Source: a virus (Duplodnaviria; Caudoviricetes). From it: a stretch of 64,000 nucleotides of DNA. Below, piece after piece: positions 57,159 through 64,000 of this stretch. The notes under the pieces are model-generated. The model made no database searches. It saw only the letters and a list, made by a program, of their open reading frames with translations, and was not told the origin of the DNA. Position 1 is the stretch's first letter, and each line of letters begins with the position of its first letter. The stretch is taken from the IMG/VR virus record IMGVR_UViG_3300030101_004160, positions 1,047-65,046 of that record. One strand, 5' to 3'. Made by a program: the position numbers and the translations under genes.

Positions 57159-58286
57159 TTAAAATATTATATAATTAACACCAAATTTAAAATCATACCA
57201 CTCTCTATTCCAATATTTGTTGTATTTTCCTTCAGCAAAATATCCTAGACTTTTGTTGATTTTTATTCCATATATTACCCCTGCCGAATAATCATACCAC
57301 TGGTCATCTTCAATGTAATTATGATATGTAAATTTATTACCGTCGTTATAATGATAAGGTAAAAGATTACCCCAGGCATGCAGCCATGTTTTTTTATTAT
57401 ACTTGTAATAATCAAAACCTATAACTATTGAATGCTGTATAATACGACTTAATTGATTTCTTTTTTTGTCGGTGTAATCTGCTATAACTTGAGGAATTAC
57501 GTTTTCCTTCCACACCTCAGGACTAGTAGCAACTATTTTTCCGCTAGGGTCTTTATACAAACTGTTTGCTACATCTACAGAATACCCTTCTTGTATAGCT
57601 AAGTATGTGTAATGTAAATTACCATTATCCAAGATCCATTCTTCTAGCGGATTATATCCATAAGGCTCTGCTAATCTATGTGTTAAGCCCACGCTTATAG
57701 CTAGGTCTCTATTTTTTTTATGTCTATACCTTTCAGACAATTCAAAATATTCTACATCTGCAAAACCATCTTTTACATATTCAACCTTTGCGGCAAAATG
57801 ATCTACACATAAAGGCCCATCGCAATCATCATCCGAGCTGTATCTTATAAAATGATGCTGGTCTATAAAGTCTACACCCTGCTGTCTAGCATAGTCTACT
57901 TCAAACAAATACTCAAAACCCTGTACTTTTCCAACTGTAGCAGCATCAGTGTAGTTAGATTCACTACCGTCATAAAAAGTTTGTGCTTTATTTTCGTATC
58001 CAAACCTAGCTATCTTTCTTATGCCAACGGTGACAGAATAATCGTAAGGCGTTTCTATAATTGATTCTTTTAGTTGGCCGCTGGTAATTGAATAATTTTT
58101 TACATCACTTACAGATGTTCCTCCATTTACTGCAGCATACACAGTAGAAAATTTTAAATGTTTTTTTAGTTGTTTTTGTAAGTCGTAATTTTTTATGTAA
58201 TCTATAGTTAGTTGTTGCGCACAACATTTTTTTGGCGCAGTGCAACTAATTAATACAGACAATATTATAAATATAATTTTTTTCAT
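57159..58286 (-). CDS. Outer-membrane beta-barrel-like protein (375 aa)
   Basis: Signal peptide; alternating aromatic-rich strands; C-terminal DFKFGVNYIIF resembles a BAM beta-signal. Confidence 0.7.
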   Translation of the reverse strand: MKKIIFIILSVLISCTAPKKCCAQQLTIDYIKNYDLQKQLKKHLKFSTVYAAVNGGTSVSDVKNYSITSGQLKESIIETPYDYSVTVGIRKIARFGYENKAQTFYDGSESNYTDAATVGKVQGFEYLFEVDYARQQGVDFIDQHHFIRYSSDDDCDGPLCVDHFAAKVEYVKDGFADVEYFELSERYRHKKNRDLAISVGLTHRLAEPYGYNPLEEWILDNGNLHYTYLAIQEGYSVDVANSLYKDPSGKIVATSPEVWKENVIPQVIADYTDKKRNQLSRIIQHSIVIGFDYYKYNKKTWLHAWGNLLPYHYNDGNKFTYHNYIEDDQWYDYSAGVIYGIKINKSLGYFAEGKYNKYWNREWYDFKFGVNYIIF

Positions 58287-58288
58287 TT

Positions 58289-59293
58289 TTAATAATTTCC
58301 TCCTAACCCTGTTACGTCTAGGCTTGGTGTAATTGTAGTAATTGTTGGTCCATTAGATAAAGTTGCATTGTTTCCTACGGTAGCAGCAATACTTGTTCCT
58401 GCCGCGTCATTTGCTTTCCAATAACCTCTTAAATTGGCTGACTCTATGATTGACATGTCCATAGGACGATGATTATTGTAAATAGTATTAATTTGGGTAT
58501 CTGTTAATGCTTTGTCCCAAATAGCTACATCTCCTACAAAGCCTTCAAATTCAGAGCCAATATTTGTTGTTAACCCTGTTCCTATGTTGAAACGAGGTGA
58601 AGCTCCAATTAGCACATCTACTCGGTGACTGTTAAGGTTTACTTCGTCATATTTTACAAACCATTTATTTTCTCCTAAAGCATTATTACCTGAGGGTGAA
58701 GGTGCTGTAGTGTGTGACTTATCTGTTCCTGTTGAGGTACTTGTAATTTCAGGAGCTGAGCCAAAATTTGTAGAAGATGTACCGTTTTTGTCACCAGCCA
58801 CAGATCTACCACCATCTAAAAATATTTGTTTTATTCTATTTCCATCCCAAGTGCCTACAGCTAAATGCCATCCGTCACTTCTATATAAATATCTCTTGAA
58901 ATCTGTTGCGCTTGTCGGCTCCCTTCCCATGGCAAATTCTGTGGTTGGATTTATAGCGCTAAAATTTCCAGCTCCGTCTGTAAGTTTTACACCGAATTGT
59001 ACTCTTTTATTTGTAAATTGTAAGAACCACCCACCGTTGGCTGCGCAACTTACTATCATATGATTGGTTGTAGCGTTATAAGGACCCCCTGAAGAGGTAG
59101 ATACATCTAATTTAAACCATGCAGCCACCGTCAATCCCCCGTGAAGCATTTTGATTGTACCGTCTGCTGGAACATCACCATTTACGCCTAAGCCAGCAAA
59201 ATCATCATTACCGTCATATTGCACAGAACCTGTCATTTCGTATGGAGGAAACGCTTGATATTTTGTTGTGCTTAGTCCTATTCCTAGTGCCAT
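58289..59293 (-). CDS. LamG/concanavalin A-like lectin domain protein
   Basis: SVQYDGNDD, LTVAAWFK, WHLAVGTWDG, FEGFVGDVAIWDKALT, NLRGYWK. Confidence 0.85.
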   Translation of the reverse strand: MALGIGLSTTKYQAFPPYEMTGSVQYDGNDDFAGLGVNGDVPADGTIKMLHGGLTVAAWFKLDVSTSSGGPYNATTNHMIVSCAANGGWFLQFTNKRVQFGVKLTDGAGNFSAINPTTEFAMGREPTSATDFKRYLYRSDGWHLAVGTWDGNRIKQIFLDGGRSVAGDKNGTSSTNFGSAPEITSTSTGTDKSHTTAPSPSGNNALGENKWFVKYDEVNLNSHRVDVLIGASPRFNIGTGLTTNIGSEFEGFVGDVAIWDKALTDTQINTIYNNHRPMDMSIIESANLRGYWKANDAAGTSIAATVGNNATLSNGPTITTITPSLDVTGLGGNY

Positions 59294-59294
59294 A

Positions 59295-59546
59295 TTACTC
59301 TTCAGTTAAAGGTCTGTACCAAATATCATTTTCGTCTTGCATTTTTTCTCTAATTTCGTAATGAGTGTAAGTTTGTTTTCCATCTAAAAATGAAGGAGTA
59401 TCTCCCTCATACTTTACAAAAAAATAATTATTATCTACACTATATCTTACAGTTTCTTTACTGTCCTCAAAAACCAAATTAAAGTCTACACTGTCTATCT
59501 CTGAAGACTCTAATATTACATAATATCTACCAGGATATTCTGCCAT
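59295..59546 (-). CDS. Small acidic protein next to LamG gene
   Basis: VDFNLVFEDSKETVRYS...GDTPSFL...YTHYEI. Confidence 0.6.
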   Translation of the reverse strand: MAEYPGRYYVILESSEIDSVDFNLVFEDSKETVRYSVDNNYFFVKYEGDTPSFLDGKQTYTHYEIREKMQDENDIWYRPLTEE

Positions 59547-59701
59547 TATTTCCAGTTTTTTCTGTTAAGAACGTACTTCCAAGTTAGTTTTGGTATTTTT
59601 ACATTGTAATAAAAACGACAATCGCAATCTTTAGAATAATTTTCTTTTGGCTTTACTTTAACCCTATTACTTCTTTTTGCTAGTTTTTGTATAAAGCCCA
59701 T
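59546..59701 (-). CDS. Small basic protein (51 aa)
   Basis: Likely start MGFIQK at 59701; TAATG coupling downstream. Confidence 0.5.
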   Translation of the reverse strand: MGFIQKLAKRSNRVKVKPKENYSKDCDCRFYYNVKIPKLTWKYVLNRKNWK

Positions 59702-59703
59702 TT

Positions 59704-60081
59704 TTAATGGCCTTTTGGTGCAAAATAAACTACACATGCTCCACTTGCCATAGTTACTTTATCCCATTTACCATAAATAGTAGTTCCTGCGGCAAAAAGT
59801 ATACTGTCGGTTAAATCAACCCCATTACCTCCAGCTCCTATTCCGTTTGCCCCGTCTAAATCATTTTCTGCAGTTACGCTACTTATACAACCTACCTCGC
59901 CATTTAAAGATTCCATAGCACTAAAAGTTGAGTCAGCGTCATCGGAATTTAATATTGTAATAGCACAAACATAAACTTTTGCGCTTGATCCTGTTAAATC
60001 TATTCCAGCTGTTCCTGATAATAACGTAGAACCAAAAGCTCCTAAACGGTATTTATTGTGATCAATGTTTTTAAAACTCAT
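59704..60081 (-). CDS. Small structural protein, tandem paralogue A
   Basis: FGS...AITIL...GTTIYGKWD...SGACVVYFAP. Confidence 0.6.
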   Translation of the reverse strand: MSFKNIDHNKYRLGAFGSTLLSGTAGIDLTGSSAKVYVCAITILNSDDADSTFSAMESLNGEVGCISSVTAENDLDGANGIGAGGNGVDLTDSILFAAGTTIYGKWDKVTMASGACVVYFAPKGH

Positions 60082-60096
60082 AATTTTTATTTTTTA

Positions 60097-60471
60097 TTAA
60101 TATCCTACTGGTGCTAAATAGCATACACACGACCCGCTATTCAACTCTACATGGTCCCACTTTCCATAAATAGTAACTCCTTTTGGAAACGTTACTGATG
60201 AGGTTATAGTGTCCATGTTTGTACTTGTTGATTCATTTGTAGTTCCACCAAAAGCCCCACCCAAATCATCTTGATCTGTAGATGTGGTAATAGAGCCTAC
60301 TAGATTATCTAAGGTAAGCATTTTTTCAAAACTGCAATCCTCTAAAAAAGTTATTGCTATAATGTATCTACTTGAAGATGCTCCTTCTAGATCTAACAAA
60401 GCGCCGTCACCAGTTAAATATACAGATCCGAATTGTCCAAATGATGCTTTAAATAAGTCGTTAACGTTCAT
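60097..60471 (-). CDS. Small structural protein, tandem paralogue B
   Basis: FGS...AITFL...GVTIYGKWD...SGSCVCYLAP. Confidence 0.6.
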   Translation of the reverse strand: MNVNDLFKASFGQFGSVYLTGDGALLDLEGASSSRYIIAITFLEDCSFEKMLTLDNLVGSITTSTDQDDLGGAFGGTTNESTSTNMDTITSSVTFPKGVTIYGKWDHVELNSGSCVCYLAPVGY

Positions 60472-60485
60472 GTATTATTTTTTTA

Positions 60486-60493
60486 CAAATATA
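60486..60493 (-). promoter_or_regulatory. -7 box TATATTTG
   Basis: Exact match in the short gap after the giant ORF. Confidence 0.6.
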
Positions 60494-60499
60494 ATGAAT

Positions 60500-63400
60500 T
60501 TAATTTAGTAAGTCTTCTCTCAATCTTAGAAATTGTTTTCTAGTCTCAGCATACGGCAGCACTTCAAACTGCAAAGTTTTTAATGCTCTTGATGTGTTTT
60601 TGTCTGCAAGCGCGCTCTTTCTTTGTGTTTTATCTCCAGACACAGCCTCGCCAACCATTCTTGTTACATTCTTTGCCGTACCATAAGAAGCTGGAACTAT
60701 TGTATAATTTACAAATCTTCTTCCATCTATCATTACAAATATATCACTTGAAAACTTTTTTAATGTTTTTATTGTTGCGGTATCTGGTTCGTCTTCATCT
60801 TCTAGTATAGCTATCAATGACAGCACGGTAACACCTAAACCTAAACCAGATGCATACGCTCGCATTTCTTTCTTTCTTTGCTCGCTAGAATTGTTAAATA
60901 TATCTATAATTTCTTTTTTAGTTATTTCACCTGCAAAGTACCTTTTAAATATATTAGAAGCAAATTCGTAAGAGGCTCTATAGCTACCGATTTGAACTTC
61001 ACCAAATCTATCTATATCTTCTGCTTTAAATCTATCTTGGAAAAGTGTTACAAACCATTTTTTAAATTGTAACAAAGCTCTACCGTATGAATACATAGAT
61101 AGTAAGCTAGCATCTAAAGCTGTATACCCTTCACCATGTAGTGTAGATATTTTATTGTTTATTGACATAACTCGTTCTTCGGTTATAGAGTCAGGATTGT
61201 TAAACTCTTCTTCAGTTAACATACCTAGGAATGAAGCGCCTTGTATATAATTTTCTGACAAATCCATAAAACCGTAAGCCCATTGTTCTATTTTTCCTGC
61301 TAATCCTTTTTGTTTATTAAGATGCACAAATTCATCAAAACTAAATTCAACTACTCTTTTGTCTCTTAATATTTTTTGTGAGTTTTTTAAGTTTCTCCAA
61401 TATCTAGATTCTCCTAATATAAATTGCTTGCCACCACGTTTACGTAGTTCTTGATACTTACCTGCTAGTAAATTACCTATACCTACAGTCAAATTGAAAC
61501 CAAGCAGCCTTAATGATGTAAGACGCACAAAGCCATCTATAACCTTATCTCCTGTTTTACCAACAGCGCTTTCTTGTTGTTGCCTTCCTAAGAAACCTTC
61601 TTTCCACCATCCAGTTAAATACTTCACTGCATTTTTATTATCTAGATTTTTATTAAAACCTATAATAGCATCAGTCAATACAGAAAGTTCTGCCATACCA
61701 GTAAAACGATTTTCATTTTGCACTACATCGCCATTGTCGTTTATTGTAAATTTACCTTCACCATTATAGAATATATGTCCGCGCATAAATTCTAACATAG
61801 CATTGTGTATATCATACGATATGTTTTGTGCTTTTATACCTTTACGTCTTTCGTACTCTTTGATAAGTTCAGCGTCAAAACTAGTAATGTTATCTGACCC
61901 TATAAGTCTTCTCATCATTTGCCCGTCGTTAACAAGCGCATCGTACTCCATGTCTGATAGCATTATTTTTTTACCGTCCTCATGAACACCTTTAGCTTTT
62001 AATTGTTTTGCTTTTCTTCTTAACTTGTCAAGCTCAAATATTTGCCTACCAGAATCTAGAGTTAACTTTGCTGTTCTTCCTTTATAAACATCAAACTTCC
62101 ATTCGTAGAAAGTTTTTATAGTGTCTTTACCATCTTTACCCTTACCTCTTACCCTTACCCTATAATAGTCTTGCGCGTCTATAGATGTGCTGTATAGCCC
62201 AAACAAACCACTTCTACTAATACTTTCAAGTTTACCCAACTGGTCAGCATTTATAGTAGTTTTGTCATTTTGGGACGATAGTAATATTTCACCTAATGCT
62301 TTGTATGTGTTATAGTAATCTTGCTCTTCTTTTGTAAGTTGTACGTTTCTAGCTACTATCTCTTCAGGACTAAGCAGTCTAACCTTACCGTCTTCTACAG
62401 AAGCAATGTTTCCATATATAAACCTGTATCTAGCTTGCGTGTCAAAAGTACTACTTATTCTTTCTAGTATACTTAGCCCTTTGTTTTTAGACCTTATCAG
62501 GCTAGTTCTTTTTTCTTCTAATATACGTTTGTGTTTTTTGAATGATCTTATATAGCCTCTATATTGCTTTTGCGCCTCATTTATTAAATATTGTATTTCA
62601 GGCCTGTTAGAGGTCATATTATTTGAGCCTAGCCAAGCCTGGAAGTTAGTAAGGTCTTGCTGTGGTGTACCATCAACACCTGGTATATTGTAGGTGTACC
62701 CTTTACTTGCGCCGACATCTCTTAAATATTTTGCTTGTTCTTGAAATGCCTTTTCGCCTATTTCTTTTTCTATGTCGTATCTTACTCTTTTGCTAGCAGC
62801 AGCATGTAATCCACTAACATCTCGGTGTAAATCTTGCAATCCTTGTATTGTGTAAGAGCTTAAAGGTTTGTTTACAAAATCTTTTTCTAATTTTCTTATT
62901 AAATCTAAATGATTTAAATACACTGTGTATTGATCTTGTAGGTTTTTTAGAGTTTCAGAATCTTTATCAATTTTGTTTATATCAATTCCTTTATCTTTTA
63001 CAAACTCGTCAAAGCTTAGCGTTTCTACATCTCCCCCTAAATGATCATTGTTGTATGACACGTCTGGCCTAACTACCTTTTTAAGTTTTGGAATTGCTAT
63101 GTTGTTGTTTGATTTACTTTCTTGTTTTATCTGTTCTTTTGTATTCAAATTTTGTTTACCCTTTACTCTTTCATTTACATCTTTTATTGCGGTAAACAGT
63201 TCTTGTGACAACGTTTTAGAAGAATAGTCAGGCTTTCTGCTTTGATTATCTTCAATGATTCTTGACATCTCATCGTTTATTTTAGCTGTATACTCTTCAC
63301 TAAAGAAAGGCACAAAAGATGTAGCCTTACCTGCGCCACCCGTAAAACCATAACGATTAAAAGAAGCTTCTATTTCAAACATTAAGTCTTGGTCAGTTTC

Positions 63401-64000
63401 AGATAGTAAACCAAAATCTTCTTTGTACTGTTCTATAGCTTTGTATGAAGTAAACTCGGTAATGTTTGCCCTGTTTATTACTATATATTTTTTTCCTGCT
63501 CTTTCACTAACCTCAACTACATTTTTTATAAAAGAGTTTCCAGTTTCTCTTTTCTTTAAATCTTCAAACAATTTTACAAGAGTTAATTGATCTCTAGTTT
63601 CTTTTAACATTTTGAATTCGTTGTTCAAATTGTTTACTATGATTTGATTTACTATTTCGTTCTTTAATTCTTTAGCGTCTTCTAATTTTTTTACCGCATT
63701 GTCATTTTGTAATATTTTTCGCATGTAAGGCGTGTATCTTATATCTGTTCTAGCAGCTCTGTCTAAAACAGATTTAAAAATATCTTCAGCATGCGATATA
63801 ATAAAATTGTTCTTAGTTTGCTCAGTAAATGTATATTCAAACCCTGTCTTGCCTATCATTGGTATAGTAAACTGACCTTCTTCAAAAGGTCCTGTTACTC
63901 GTTTTATACCGTCTCTGATTTTCTTTAGTTCTAGGGGATTCTTTTCAATAGTTTGATGTACCGTGAAAGCTTTTGATATTGGATCTACTGCAAACTTTTT
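60500..64000 (-). CDS. C-terminal part (at least 1166 aa) of a giant virion protein, possibly the same polyprotein as 1-6916
   Basis: Frame stays open upstream of the track start to the edge (KKFAVDPISKAFTVHQTIEKNP...); helical with LRLLGFNLTVGIGNLL and GRALLQFKKWF segments typical of large ejection-protein C-termini. Confidence 0.7.
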   Translation of the reverse strand, partial: KKFAVDPISKAFTVHQTIEKNPLELKKIRDGIKRVTGPFEEGQFTIPMIGKTGFEYTFTEQTKNNFIISHAEDIFKSVLDRAARTDIRYTPYMRKILQNDNAVKKLEDAKELKNEIVNQIIVNNLNNEFKMLKETRDQLTLVKLFEDLKKRETGNSFIKNVVEVSERAGKKYIVINRANITEFTSYKAIEQYKEDFGLLSETDQDLMFEIEASFNRYGFTGGAGKATSFVPFFSEEYTAKINDEMSRIIEDNQSRKPDYSSKTLSQELFTAIKDVNERVKGKQNLNTKEQIKQESKSNNNIAIPKLKKVVRPDVSYNNDHLGGDVETLSFDEFVKDKGIDINKIDKDSETLKNLQDQYTVYLNHLDLIRKLEKDFVNKPLSSYTIQGLQDLHRDVSGLHAAASKRVRYDIEKEIGEKAFQEQAKYLRDVGASKGYTYNIPGVDGTPQQDLTNFQAWLGSNNMTSNRPEIQYLINEAQKQYRGYIRSFKKHKRILEEKRTSLIRSKNKGLSILERISSTFDTQARYRFIYGNIASVEDGKVRLLSPEEIVARNVQLTKEEQDYYNTYKALGEILLSSQNDKTTINADQLGKLESISRSGLFGLYSTSIDAQDYYRVRVRGKGKDGKDTIKTFYEWKFDVYKGRTAKLTLDSGRQIFELDKLRRKAKQLKAKGVHEDGKKIMLSDMEYDALVNDGQMMRRLIGSDNITSFDAELIKEYERRKGIKAQNISYDIHNAMLEFMRGHIFYNGEGKFTINDNGDVVQNENRFTGMAELSVLTDAIIGFNKNLDNKNAVKYLTGWWKEGFLGRQQQESAVGKTGDKVIDGFVRLTSLRLLGFNLTVGIGNLLAGKYQELRKRGGKQFILGESRYWRNLKNSQKILRDKRVVEFSFDEFVHLNKQKGLAGKIEQWAYGFMDLSENYIQGASFLGMLTEEEFNNPDSITEERVMSINNKISTLHGEGYTALDASLLSMYSYGRALLQFKKWFVTLFQDRFKAEDIDRFGEVQIGSYRASYEFASNIFKRYFAGEITKKEIIDIFNNSSEQRKKEMRAYASGLGLGVTVLSLIAILEDEDEPDTATIKTLKKFSSDIFVMIDGRRFVNYTIVPASYGTAKNVTRMVGEAVSGDKTQRKSALADKNTSRALKTLQFEVLPYAETRKQFLRLREDLLN

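Noticed and set aside
7562-63072. Other short ORFs antisense to or nested in long genes (e.g. 10091-10618, 19559-20041, 50565-51173)
   Set aside because: Fully overlap well-supported genes, lack leaders and motifs.
1-64000. Stop-codon reassignment as in some crAss-like phages
   Set aside because: Genes are full length in the standard code; TAG ends the portal, 36083 and 51928 ORFs and TGA ends several coupled genes; no suppressor tRNA seen.
63960-64000. Direct circular join of 64000 to 1
   Set aside because: No terminal overlap, the frames do not match on direct joining, and the RNAP catalytic motif is missing, so sequence is absent between the ends.

Overview
The window is most of the genome of an AT-rich crAss-like (Crassvirales-type) podophage, probably infecting a Bacteroidota/Flavobacteriia host (many TAnnTTTG -7 promoter boxes, a T9SS-type C-terminal signal). 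It uses the standard genetic code. Layout: (1) 1-35361, minus strand: giant virion RNA polymerase polyprotein (cut by the left edge), three cargo/ejection proteins, a 2213-aa tail stabilisation/muzzle protein, ring proteins, IHF-like protein, major capsid, scaffold, portal, terminase and small basic proteins; (2) about 35.4-36.1 kb: divergent control region; (3) 35558-47670, plus strand: small early genes, then DnaB, Sak, SSB-like, RusA, DnaA-domain-IV and RecE-like genes, with no recognisable DNA polymerase or primase; (4) 47754-64000, minus strand: phosphoesterase, tail fibre, endolysin, holins, an envelope cassette (outer-membrane beta-barrel, membrane coiled-coil, CXXC-less exported thioredoxin fold, Cys-repeat T9SS cargo), a LamG protein and the C-terminal part of a giant ORF that may be the same RNAP polyprotein on a circular genome. 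Best novelty candidates: the envelope/T9SS cassette, a shared C-terminal Q-[LH]-D tag on four adjacent small basic proteins, the apparently polymerase-less compact genome, a repeated early-promoter motif and several structured intergenic RNAs. All assignments come from reading motifs by eye; no database search was run.
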